A stretch of DNA of 64,000 bases from NCBI GenBank assembly GCA_040954595.2, contig CM082587.2, positions 3,728,275-3,792,274 of the forward strand, read 5' to 3'. The stretch's first letter is position 1. Every line of letters starts with the position of its first letter. This document shows, in pieces, positions 1-12,262 of this stretch. Source of the stretch: Balanoglossus misakiensis. Lineage: Eukaryota > Animalia > Hemichordata. Below the pieces are notes generated by a model. That model ran no database searches. It was not told the origin of the DNA and saw nothing but the letters and a program-made list of their open reading frames with translations. The translations under genes and the position numbers were made by a program.

Positions 1-1032
1 ACATTACTATGTGCGCTTCGTTCCTTTCGCAACGTCAGGATTGATTGCACATGATCAAATGGCTATAGAGCCACAATGTATTTCATGTTGGGTGTACCAT
101 GTGTTTTTTAGACTGAATATTATATTTATTTCAATACATAACCTTTTTAGAATATTACTTTAAAATGTGTGCGCTATTCCACATCTCATAAAAAATGGTG
201 ATTATGACGACGATGAATTATAAAGGTAGATTGGTGGTGGTTAATCAGAGTAACGTAAAGATTTTATTGTGTATGGAAATAAACGTATATCCAAGGCAAT
301 AAACCACATACACGATACACGTCGATGTAAAGATTCCTTTACGTATGCTGTGTTCTGTGTACGTAAATACGCAAAAAAGAATATGCTAAAAACTTTTTCA
401 CAAGCGTTTTGTCAATGCAATAGTTCCAGAGCATATACATGTAAATCGACAGGTGTCATATATAGCGCCACCACCATTCGTGGTACGGCCCCCTTCTTTT
501 TTCCCAATTTCTCTCCAGGACGACAATGATGTCCTCACGCTCGTATACTGTCAACTCGGTGAGTACGGTGTGCTTTGACGTCAACCTAAAGCGGACAGGG
601 AGCCCCTGTGTGTGTTATTTTTATTCTCACTTATATCGACTGCCAGTGCACGGCGGACACAAGACCAAATCATTTCGGATACGCCACAATTGCGACGTTG
701 AGGTCAATATAATTTTCTAACACTGGCAACGACCGAATCCTATTGACTGTAGTCACAACAAGGCCAGTCTGTCCACCGGTTCAATTTCACGTTTTCATTG
801 TACATAGAACTTGAACTACAGTGGACGATAGGTAAAACCATAACCAACTGGCACGCGACTGTTGCATGTTTGGATAACATGCCGCGACTTGAGTCCAAGA
901 TTTCACCACGACAACGCTGTGCCTTTCACAATTCAAGGCACCGTCGCAGGTCGATATCAAAGCCTCAGAAAGGTTGTCCTCGTGCTCAGCATATTACATC
1001 ATTCACACACCTGTTGTACGCCATTTGAAGAA

Positions 1033-1060
1033 TGACGTCACAAAAGAACTGGCCAATCAG
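1033..1060 (+). promoter_or_regulatory. CRE (TGACGTCA) plus CCAAT box, putative promoter of the SGNH gene
   Basis: Perfect TGACGTCA at 1033-1040 and GGCCAATCAG at 1051-1060, upstream of a donor-like site AAG|gtaggg at 1336/1337. Confidence 0.4.
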
Positions 1061-2750
1061 AAGAACGCCATGACACCGTTGATCTCGAAGCTGCTGAAAA
1101 CTTTGATCCTCTCCACACGACGCTGATGAACATTGGAACTGCCTTTGACTGCAACGCTGGGATAATTGGCTGCGAATTCGTGTTTGCCGACAGCGTTCCT
1201 CTTGCGTGGACAAGCGACAATGGTACTGGTCACGTGGTCTTTAGAGATGATGTTGGGTCAGCATTAGATATTGTGGTCATTCCAGACAATATTGAGATGA
1301 CACATAGAAGATGCCCGATACAACCAATTCTACAAGGTAGGGGTAAGAATTACGCTTATTGGTTATTTTTTTTTAATTTTGGAACACCAAGGGTGCAAAT
1401 TTAAGCAGCATTGCTATATTTTGGGGCACATAAGGCAGTATCTATTGGTACAATCACAGACAAATGTCTGTGGTACAATTAGGTGCAAGGGGTCTGCCCA
1501 GAACGGCCATATTCATTGTAAAATATTGCAAACAAACCATAAAAGGTGTCCTCCCCACATACACAATCACTCCAAAGAAACTGCTCCAGAGACAGACAAC
1601 TCACAACGGTCTAGAAGCTTATTTGCATAAATGTTTTGCATACAATTCATTTAAATATATTTTCATCGTGGACGCAGAGAAGCCCATACAGGCACATACA
1701 CATACAAAAGAGATAAAACTACCGTACTGGAAAAAATGGGATAAAAACACTGGGAGCCAGGATATATGAAATCAACAGATCTTTTGTCAATGGTGTGCAT
1801 ATATGTATTTCTAAAATAAACCCTTTTGAATTTTATTTTCGCTATATAGTGACATACAGTCTTTTGTGTGGTAAAACATTTTATTACCGCCTAGAGTTAA
1901 AATTAAATTTACATTCTGTAAAAGAAGTTTTGCAACAGAGGAATCCCATTTATAGTAAGCTTTATACTGAGTTTCGAACCATATGTTACGGGACGGATGA
2001 TTTGGCTTGGGGGGTAGATTAACTTTATACCGCGATGGATACCTGAGCCGGGAGCGTCAGACAACAGTGGGCAAGTACAATGAACCGCAAACACAACATG
2101 GATTTAGACAACTGATGAAGAGATTGTGCTGGATCTTGAAGCAAAACACATGTAGCGTGAAAGGCTCACTTCTGTCAATGACTGAGGTGTGGCTACACGT
2201 GTCACCTTCACCGAGGGGACACATCTTGAAAGTTAGTGACCTCTGTGCTGCGTGAAAAACGTGACACCCCCGTTTTGCAGATGACCCCTCGCCCCAGGTC
2301 ATAAAAAACTGAACGGTCCTTAAGGCTTTCGCCCATATGTTACAAAAACGATGGATCTGGCTTACTAGGGAATGAAAATCGGTTTATAGCTTCACAACTC
2401 AAGTCGCACGTACCCCAGCACCGTGAGACATAATGGGCACCGTAACCAAGGACCGAGCTGCAGGTATGTTTAATCAATTTATGAGAAATATTTGAGATCA
2501 CTGTACCAGTATAAGATATTCTTGGCATAACCACGCTGTCGGATCAACAGACTCCATATAACGCAATTCCTACAGCTCTAAAAACCAAACAATACCACAG
2601 TAACAAAGACAGTAATGAAAACTTTACAAACAGCAAATCGTTCGGATTCGATGTATATGTGCCGCGAATAACACTCGTACATGCGTGGTTTGAAGTAAAG
2701 CTAAAATAATACAGTAGCATCAGCATATCCGCTATTCTAACTCAACAGGT

Positions 2751-4226
2751 ATGGACAACACGCACACTACAGCGACAAAATACCTTTGTATCACAAGGCG
2801 AAGAAATCTTTTACGTGTATGGCTCAACCTTCTCACTCTTTGTTTTGCAACGCTTGTTATCATCTTTTATTCACTACGAGTGGTATCCAAGGATTGTAGT
2901 GTCGAACAAAAGAATGGAGAAAGTGGCAGAAAGTCCAGAAAGGAAAACGATTTGTTCTCGACTGTACAGGCAATAACCGAACGGACAGGTCTGCTTAATA
3001 CGACTCTAGATGTTGAAGATCGTGAATCGGGATTGGAAGAGGAGCAGTTAAGTCGAGCTCTGTCGATGCCGGAAACAGTCCCAAGATTGGAAGCTGCGAT
3101 AAAACGGGCCGTACTCCAACAGAAGGTTTTGACGATCGGAATCAGCGGCGGTTCGATCTCGGCCGCATCGTGCGTGGGCTCCAAGAATTTGTATGCTGAG
3201 AAGTTCAGGAGCAACCTGCAGTACGTGCTTGGCACCCCCGTGGAGCTGAAAAACGGCGCGCTCGGTGCCAGCAACAGCAAATTCCACACTTACTGCGTGG
3301 ATAACTTTCTGAACTTGACTGACATCGACATACTGCTCTGGGAGTGCGGCGTGAACGATCGTATTACCGACTGTTCTCCGCAGGAGGAATTCACCAGAAA
3401 GGTGCTGCTGGTTCCGGGCGGGCCACAGATAATATATGTGAACTTTATGTTGGGTATGAGTGAAAAGCGATGTCACAGCACAGAAACGACATGCAGCAAA
3501 CCCTTGAGTGAGCATTACAGTGTGCCAGCTCTGAACATGAACGATACCCTATGCGACCCCATCATGCACGGCAAAGTCGACGACCTGACAAGCCCAGTCG
3601 ACAACAATCATCCCAGCATCAAATTCCACGGCATTGTTGGAAATCTTCTCACCCGGATGTTCAACCGTGTCCTCCTGGGAGTCGTTCATCACCTCTGGAG
3701 TAAACCCCCCGTAATTCACTCAGCAGTGTTCGAAATGGAAGAATTTGATGGCGATGCACTTCCCCCACCGCTGCTGAACGGCACAAAGCTTACAAGCACC
3801 CAGTGCTGGTCTTTGGCGCACGCTCAAACGGGAAACATGAATCCGCTCGTTCCAATAGAAAATAAAGGGTGGACAATACAAAGCACCGTTTCAAACATCA
3901 AGCTCCGGGTGGACACCAAACAATATTGGGAACCTTCAAACACGAGCAGCACAATAACGTTTGAAATCAACATCAAACCACACGGACAGAAAAAAGCCCA
4001 CGTGTTGCTCGCCACGCTTGACTGCCCCGACTGTGGAAAAGTGTCTGCGTGGTTCGACGGCGACGAGAGTCATGCGACCATAGTGCGAACTGCCTTCAAG
4101 TGGGGGTTCTGCCACATCCGGGTCATTAGCGATGGCGTTGCGCACGGCAGACACACCGTCACCTTGCGGGGTTTGTCCAAAACGGTTCGCGTCGTAGCCA
4201 TCCTATCTGGGTTTGACATGAAATAG
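2751..4226 (+). CDS. Type II membrane SGNH/GDSL-hydrolase-fold protein (491 aa, single coding exon)
   Basis: Long ORF with an N-terminal signal-anchor (LLRVWLNLLTLCFATLVIIFYSL) and a stem region. SGNH blocks are visible: I GISGGSIS, II NGALGASNS, III LLWECGVND, V DNNHPS (DxxH). A branch point and acceptor (ctaac...cag, ending 2748) lie just before the ATG. Confidence 0.85.
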   Translation: MDNTHTTATKYLCITRRRNLLRVWLNLLTLCFATLVIIFYSLRVVSKDCSVEQKNGESGRKSRKENDLFSTVQAITERTGLLNTTLDVEDRESGLEEEQLSRALSMPETVPRLEAAIKRAVLQQKVLTIGISGGSISAASCVGSKNLYAEKFRSNLQYVLGTPVELKNGALGASNSKFHTYCVDNFLNLTDIDILLWECGVNDRITDCSPQEEFTRKVLLVPGGPQIIYVNFMLGMSEKRCHSTETTCSKPLSEHYSVPALNMNDTLCDPIMHGKVDDLTSPVDNNHPSIKFHGIVGNLLTRMFNRVLLGVVHHLWSKPPVIHSAVFEMEEFDGDALPPPLLNGTKLTSTQCWSLAHAQTGNMNPLVPIENKGWTIQSTVSNIKLRVDTKQYWEPSNTSSTITFEINIKPHGQKKAHVLLATLDCPDCGKVSAWFDGDESHATIVRTAFKWGFCHIRVISDGVAHGRHTVTLRGLSKTVRVVAILSGFDMK

Positions 4227-4463
4227 GAAAGCACTTTGCATAAAATTAACCATGCGAGGGGGCATTGCCACGTATATCTATTTAGATGCCTAATTCAATA
4301 TTCTGGTTAGGTTTTTACTTCGTGTTAGGGGGTCAAATCATATTATGATTATTGCATTCTGGGTAAAAGGTCGACAACTCACTGCAGTAAGAGATGGTGA
4401 CAAATTTTGTTAAACTCTGCACCTATTCTAGTTCCATACAAATGCTTGAATTGTATTGCTTCC

Positions 4464-4506
4464 CTAGCAACCCGTAGTTAACCAAGTCTCGCAATATCTC
4501 GCCATG
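4464..4506. repeat. Dispersed short element, copy 1 (TTAACCAAGTCTCGC..ATCTCGC..ATG)
   Basis: Aligns by eye with 15700-15755 (reverse orientation) and 56620-56654 (same orientation). Confidence 0.6.
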
Positions 4507-4507
4507 G

Positions 4508-7500
4508 TTAACACCAGCCGGGCGACCACACACCACCAAAGTTGGTCGGATTGGACAGCCCTGGTATAGATGTACGCCGATCGAATGGAGGAACAAGGTC
4601 AATCTTCAATTCCTCAATGCGTGCCGCCATTTCGCTCACTTTATCTGGCATTTCCTTGGCGAGGTTAACGCTTTCCACTGGGTCGTCTTTGAGGCGAAAA
4701 AAAACAGTATATTACCTTATACACAAAGACAACAAATATACACAGTATATTACAAATACAACAGCCTGTATTATTCGATCTGGTTCAACTGTTCGCTTAA
4801 TTGATCATTTCGGTAGGGAAAGTAATCCCCAAAAGTTTAAAGTTTAATTTTATTCGACCTTGCAGTTATCAGATTTACGTCATCACTTCGAAAATACGTC
4901 ATCAAAAAGGGCGATTCGACTGTAACTTACTGTGTAGGTCGAACAAAAAGACATTCTGCTTTGGATGCAGATCATCTCCTTTGTCAAATTGTACTCCAGC
5001 CTCAGGTGGTGGAATTCGGCATGCTGCCAGCAGAAATAAATAGTGTTTATATTTGAGGGCATACAGTGTATATAGTGTCAGCTTCTGGACAATGCCCATT
5101 TAATATCACCACTTAAAAACTTAAAATGGCCAGTGCCTTCTGCTCAGAATCAGTAGCAACCAAACTTGTACGTTACAAGTTAATTTGCGGACATTGTACG
5201 TATATGTCTTACCTGTAAATTTCGATTCGCCAATAATCAACTTGTAATTACCAATCCTGAAGGCAAAGGTCGCTTAATAAATATGACTGCACTGTGTGGT
5301 GTTTATAGCTCATAGGCGCATTATGAGCAACTGTACAGGGGTTGGGGGGTTGGCGTAGTCAGTGCAGAATGAATACATCATCATTCCAATTTATAACAAA
5401 CCGAGGACCGAAAGAAAGCAAATACACAAACTGTCGTGTTGTTCAATTACCTGATTGCCGCCAAATGGCCCGTCTTTCCAAAGATGTTGTAAACAAATTC
5501 CTTTCTGGGCGACGGTTTATTCTGAGATAGAGCATTCCAAACATTCATGCCATCCATACCAGGCTCTGATAAATTTGGGGAAAATTATAGTAAACAACTT
5601 TTTCATTTGTATTCTCAACACAGAAAAATGCATACACACATATTGACTTATATGTATACATACATCTCAATATTAAGACAATTTCGATGATATTGATTAT
5701 CTTATAAAAAACTTTGTTTATTTTACCTGAACCTTTGGCACCCGCGATCCACGCCAGTGTTTGAAACCAGTCAACAGCGAACATCATCCTAGTAGATTGA
5801 ATATTGAGAATTCACCTTCAAAGCACCACGCGTTAAAACTGCTACGAATTTATGTATGGGTTTATCTATCTATACTTAACATGGATAAGTGGCAAGTTAG
5901 TTTTGAAGTTGTCTGACCTGTTGTTGATGTATCCTGTCTTCTGGAGAATGTTCCCATGAATAAAACCAACTGACCTGGTACCTCCTTCAAACAATGTACC
6001 TTTAGTTCCTCGCAATGGCCAGTTGTTACCCTCAAACCTTTCATTTTGTGGGGCCCCGTTCTATACAGACAAAACGAAAATGATTGAGAGGATGGAGATA
6101 TGATGATCGCGCCAAATCAAAACTACGGACCCTCGTGTCGAATCAAGTACGTGAACACTCATGGTAACTTACGTCTGATGAAAACACGAGTAAAGTGTTC
6201 TTCCATAAAGCTCGTTGCTTCAACGCTTGTACAACTTTCGCTATGCCGTCATCCATAGCCGTAATCATACCTACAAGAAAGACATCTGCCCAGTTTTAAA
6301 TCGACATTTGTACGAGGACAATTCGGTCAAAACAAACCCCAATGTTCTTTGAAGTCTCGAAGCGTTAGCGTGAAAGTGGCCATATTCTTTGTTGATAGTT
6401 ACCGTACAATCGTTTTGCCCCTGCTCACCTAGCTTTGTTCGTCGCTTTTCATTTGTCACGGACATATACATATCCGTATACAATTTTGGAACCTGCGTTG
6501 AGACATAAAAATAAGATGTAGGCCTATGTCATAATTTGCCGCTTGATCTGCATAAAAGTAAAACTTCCACTTACGGAAATCTAAACTATAAAAACATATC
6601 CGACCAAGCAGAGCAAAGGACGAATGCGTAACATCCTGTCCAACAAAGAATTTTCCCTGCACCATCTGTTTGTTGCAGCATGCACGTCATCAGTAATATT
6701 GAATACAAGTGTCACTCACTAACCTGCAAGGGGCTATGTACGCTGTGATAGCTAAGGTACATAAACATTGGCTTGGACTTGTCGTGATTTGCTATGAAAT
6801 TTACAGCTTTGCCGCTAAACAAGTCCTACACAAGGCGAGAATATGCGAAAATGAGAATTAGGAAAGCTATAATTGCGTTGTGTGTATCAAAATGATCATT
6901 CATTGATTTGAATTTGAACTTATGAACTTGCCGAAGAATATGTTCCATTTTGACTCCAGTCTGGATCCATGTTATCCCGAAGATCCAGTCCTTTAGCTGA
7001 TTGAAAATGATTAAGTGGGTTACCAACATGCCGCATTGTAATCAGAACAATCATCTTCAGCAAAATAATCTTACTATGTGTCCACATTACGAAATTAATC
7101 ATGATTAAGTACTTTTGAAACCCGTTCCACCCTGTAGCAGATGTTGTTGATGGAAAGTGTAGGCGTCGATGATGGAATTGCAAACGATTATTTGCAGCAG
7201 GTTGAAGTGATGAATTCTTTCTAATCGATTATATGCGTCGTGATGGTTTCCTTTAGTTATATATAGTTATATATTGTATTCACTTACCAGCCACGTGAGT
7301 GTAATGGTCCTCGGAAGCCAGGAAGTATCCGTAAAAATGGTCAAATCCTCGCCAGTTTGGCGTGTATTCCGGTTTGCAAAAACCCAAATGCCACCTGTCA
7401 AGAGACATGAGGGATAGGGGAGACAGCTGCTATGCCAAGGGATCATTATCACTGTATTCAAGAGGATATAACTGACCAACACGATACACCCTTGTGATTC

Positions 7501-8845
7501 CTGTGCGGCTAGTGTAGCCATACCCTATACAAGTTCGCTCGTACTGATATCAACATGCATAAGACCGCACTGAGCCCCTGAACCTACATACATTCATACA
7601 TGCATGCATTTAATAGACGTCATTCACTCGTACTTGCCCACCATGTAAGTTGAATACCCAAGTTGTTTCAGTTTTTGTGGTAGCGTGGTTATATTCAGCG
7701 GCAGTCCACCCGGAACGGTTCTGGGAATTCCTCCATCCTTGAAATGGGATTGTAACAAAAGAAATGCCAGTATAGTGTAGGGTCGAAGGTTCTAGAACAT
7801 CTGTTTCAGCTTTCAATGGATTTGTAAAGCCGCAATTTCACCAACATGCTTTGGGCAAGTAACATCTGGGTTGGGGGTTACGCCATAAATCGGTAATTCT
7901 GCACATGCTAATGGAGTCAGTCCATTTTTCCACATTGTTGCAATGTTGTATGGCAGGACTATAGACTTTAGGCTTGTTGTTTTCGCTAATCGTGTCGACA
8001 ACTGATGGGTGTGTGATATTTACATTGATTTCGATCAATCCTACTTTCCGCTCATCCTAAAGGCTGAGTGTGTAACATTGTTAAATACCTGAAACCCTAT
8101 GCGGTAAGGGTAATACCCACTCAAAATAGCTGCTCTGGACCTGTGTACATGACGAAGAAAAAAATCGTACTGTAAATTGATGTCAGGAATTCGGCCTGTG
8201 TGAGTGCCTATATTGAGTGCTGCTGCTGTTTTCAGAGAAACATTCTTACAGACACGCCTCCCGTCGACGCATTTATGGAAATGTATAACCCCAAAGCCTC
8301 AGCCCGTGATGAACTTACGGACTGCAAGACTGTGTAACATAGGACTGGTTCAGAATAACACCTTCCCTGGCAAGCTGATCGATTGTAGGTGTGATGACGT
8401 AAGGGTTGTTGTAGCCGACGTCACTCCACCCTAGTTAAAAGTACATAGATAGGATATTTAAAGTACCACTTTGCGATACCAGGGGTTTACTCAGTTTGAT
8501 ATGTACAGTGTACATCCAGAAACTTTCACAGAAGAAAATTTAACGACGTCTTCGACTTCAAGTGACATGCAGCGCGCGCAATCTCGTATGGGGGAGCTCA
8601 TTCTTCAATATACACTGTACAAAGTCGGAGAGCCGAAAAAGATAATGTGTAACACAACACGCCTGTAAATCATGAATGGAAATCTTACCCAGATCGTCGG
8701 CCAGGATGAAGATGATGTGAGGCCTTTTGGTGATATCGCTCTCAGAACTTCGCAGGAATAAGCGTAGAAATGACGTGGAGTTCGAGATGGCATATAAGGC
8801 GATGACGATTAAGGAAAACGCGACGAACCGTTTGCGGAGATGCAT
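4508..8845 (-). CDS. ARSB-like: Arylsulfatase B/I/J-like sulfatase, 15 exons, 498 aa
   Basis: Exons (-): 8845-8689, 8430-8319, 8140-8089, 7737-7634, 7394-7288, 6996-6932, 6825-6724, 6492-6429, 6270-6173, 6060-5918, 5788-5727, 5565-5451, 5256-5213, 5023-4931, 4686-4508; total 1497 nt with all phases compatible. Motifs: [17 protein letters not shown], formylglycine motif CSPSR(AAILSG), [52 protein letters not shown]-terminal GGVWSPGWC. Confidence 0.93.
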
Positions 8846-9374
8846 GCTAATCCCAGTGTGTGGTGCAACGCTGCTATGCCTATTCAAGTGAAAGCCTAAT
8901 ACATGCATGCAAGCGGAAATTTCTGGGATGTGGGTAACGCATTGCAACATCCTGGAATTCGCCGGCAACGGTGAGAGTGTCCGTCAGAGGGCGTTTGACT
9001 GTGTATTGAACGTGGACGACTACCTCAAGTTTTACTGCTCTAATTAGAATACAACTTGTTCTGGATCATACTAGTACATTGTTTGTGATCTCGTGTGAAC
9101 TAAAATTGCATTTCACAGAAACTTCATACATTAAAGTTATGCTGTATATAAAAAGGGTAATAATAAGGTCTATAAGGGAAATTCTATGAAATGCGTGCAG
9201 AACACCCACGCTTTAAAAGCTCGTTTAATGTCAATCGGCAGCGGATTGAACTGGTATCAGATTTGCAATCCTAGTACTCTGATCTGGCGGTGAATTATTC
9301 ATGAATTTCCTTCTTCGGAGTTGGGTCTTCATTTATTATTTAGATAAGGATCTCCCTGGCACACCGTGGAAGGC

Positions 9375-9556
9375 TTAAAGGTATACGGTCACCTATACAA
9401 ATTTAGCCACAATTACCATGGTAAATCGAGATCTAACCAATCACAGATTTTCAGTGGGTGGCACACGCGAAAATAAAGTGTTCTTTAGAACACTCAAATA
9501 CGCCATTTCAACTATATATGGCGATATGTAAATTGGAGGTGACCGTATACCTTTAA
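9375..9556. mobile_element. Non-autonomous DNA transposon (MITE) with TTAA target duplication, Kolobok-like termini
   Basis: Perfect 20-bp inverted termini including TTAA: TTAAAGGTATACGGTCACCT...AGGTGACCGTATACCTTTAA. No coding capacity. Confidence 0.8.
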
Positions 9557-12262
9557 TTGACTAAATAATGAACATTTGCTCCCGGAACAGAGTTAAATGA
9601 AGAGGAATACGTTACAGTGTTTAAAATATTGATTACTTTAAAGTCACAGATTTTTTAGCTTTTTTTCTTGAATTTTGTTTGTATGAAAAGCAGTTCCTGC
9701 TGTCACGGTCACATGCACAGGGAAACAGCCGTATGCTATTGCCCGTGGTCAGCCATTGTATTCTTGCATATTGTTGAGTCAAGGAAGTGCCTGCTTGTTG
9801 CTTGTGGGTAGTTTCATTGCCTCTTGGGTCAGCTCGAGCTTAAGCTCCTGATGTACACAGTTAGTATTTCAAAAGCGGGCTGAAAATTCCGCACGCATTA
9901 TCCTTTGAAATTAATCATCCTTGGGGCTATACTTTTTTTGATTCACCTAACAGCGAATCTGTCTGCTTAGAATCCATTTACGCTGTATGCCCAGAGGCGG
10001 TGTCATCCGTGAGGCATGGATTTGCAAATCTGTTGAAGCAAATGGAATTACAAATCCATGGATAGATGGTTTTGGGATTTCTGTTTTCCGAAATAAAAAT
10101 ACAATTAACCTGAAGCTATGTACTGGTCCTAATGTGGAGTCCCCAAACAGGTTTTGTGGAAGACGGGCCCTTTTTTGCCTTCGTGTGTACCGAGATTTTG
10201 ATAGCAAGGTCCATAATTACCTCCAGATTACCTCCAATGTTTATTTAAGAAGCAAATTGAGTGTACTGTCTGTCTCTTATACTTGCAGGCATATCGCTGA
10301 GGACCACTCGGCCCCCCTTAAAGTACAGGCTTCAAATAGTAAGTGTACATCTATACATGATGTACATGAACATGTGCTCCGGGCGGACTCTAATGCCTAA
10401 GAATGGTTTCTATATTACGCCTGAGATGGCGTGCTGCCGCTGGCTCGGACGGTCGTAGATGCCAGAGGCTTTTGATGGACTGCTGTGAAGATGAAGAAAT
10501 TGAATAAATGTCAAAGCAGCTCAGACATGTGACTGGATGTGGGATAAACGCCGGGGTGACAGTGTATGATATAATTCCCCAGCACGGCCTTCATAAAGAC
10601 AATTACGCTCATCGCAGTGAACCGCTGATTGCTCGAATAAATAGAGCGGAATTACAGAACTTACTGGTGGACGTGCGCACTGGAATCCCACAGTTACACA
10701 TCAGACGGTGACTGGACTCCCACGTGCAGTGATTTCAGAGGAAATGACAGTAAGTGCATTACTTTTTGTCGGTATGTGGGTGCCCCCATTCCTCGTGTGC
10801 GTGAAACTATGTTTTTGCCGACGGCAGTTGATGGTGTCACTCTCGCCGATGCATTTGCGCAGAAGCTTCCCATCCGATCGCCGAGAGGTGGCGATAGGCA
10901 GAGCCTTGCTGACGTCACCAGCTCGTGGCATTTTTTACGCGACAGCGCGAATCGCGCAACAGGAAGCCGAAGACCGTTTCTGTGCGTGGACTTTTTCATG
11001 CGAAACTTAAATATAGACCTGAGTTTCCTGTAGGGTAGCTATTACAAGCGCGCCGGCCTGGGGGACGTCTGATACCTGTCGCTGGCGGGATTCGAGATAG
11101 CATGCGATCGTCCATCGATTTAATCATCGAATCTCAAGTTCGCTTGTCGCTGACAGTAGCAGACAGTACTTGTGCGGCGTCGCCAAGAAACACGCCAAGG
11201 ACTGACGTAGGTATACAATTTCGCAAAGCTACAATTAATCAAACAAGACTTAAAAAGAAGTGGCTGTGTTCTATCTATTTTATTACCCAGGGCTGAAAAC
11301 GGGGGCAAAATTACAAGTCCCGATTTGAGTACGGGGCATATAGTACTGAACGGGGGATTCACAAACCGCTAATGAAAAAAAATCTCCCCAGCCGAGCAGA
11401 AAATTACTTCGTCTTTTAATAGAGACACGGTAAACTACGGCGTTGTCGATATCTGCACAGTCGCGTATACGTATCTGCAGGTCAATAATTTGACCACCGA
11501 TTCATGTGTTTGTCAGTTACTCTACAAGATACCTCAGTGACCCCGGGGAAATGATTAGGCTGACGTGTCAATCACCGGGTGGCAGCGTTTCGGGCAACGC
11601 GCCAGAGCAGCCGGGCAACGCTCAGGGCGTGCGTCGAATTCTATAATTTGAAAGTCACATTACCCACCGCCGCTCGGGCAATCTCTGCTGGTTTTTATCA
11701 TAACCAATCTCCCGTAATGTGATACCGCGGTGTGTTCTGTATCTCTTACGCGGCTGTATAGAGTCGAGTATAGTTTATCCGCGAATGTAGCATGTGAGCC
11801 GCATGAAAGAGTCGGCAGCGCTGCACTATTAAATCGATATCAATATTCAATAGTTTGTTATTAGCTCAAGATGTCTCCCAGCAACGGGATATTAATAGTG
11901 TCGTCCTTTTTTTTAATTTGAACGATATGTGATAATTGTGTCGCTGAAGCTCATTCGTTGTCTTTCTTCTTTATTGACAGGGTTTTCTAGAAGAGAGCTA
12001 CGAATTGTGCTTGTTTTAATCACATAGCAACAGTTTTCATTTGCTGGACAAGATTTTTTGATCGCGCGTGTGTGTAGGTATATGTGTGGCGTCGTCGATT
12101 CACTATTGTTACCAGTGCGCATTGAAATGGCGCATTTCCGAGTTGAAGACGTATCGGAGTAGGATTACCTTCGGCGGAAGAGACTGAAATGAAAAGATAA
12201 CTGTCACCTCGTTGTGAGGGAGGAAAAAAATTGACATTTCTGAAGTTGGGATTAGCCTGGCG

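Noticed and set aside
1985-2323. Possible decayed MITE ending AAAAACTGAACGGTCCTTAA
   Set aside because: The left terminus is too degenerate to define.
7480-7546. Segment reading ...GYTSRTG, resembling a degraded sulfatase exon (pseudogene suspicion)
   Set aside because: The true exons 3 (8140-8089) and 4 (7737-7634) were found and the gene is intact; this segment is intronic coincidence.
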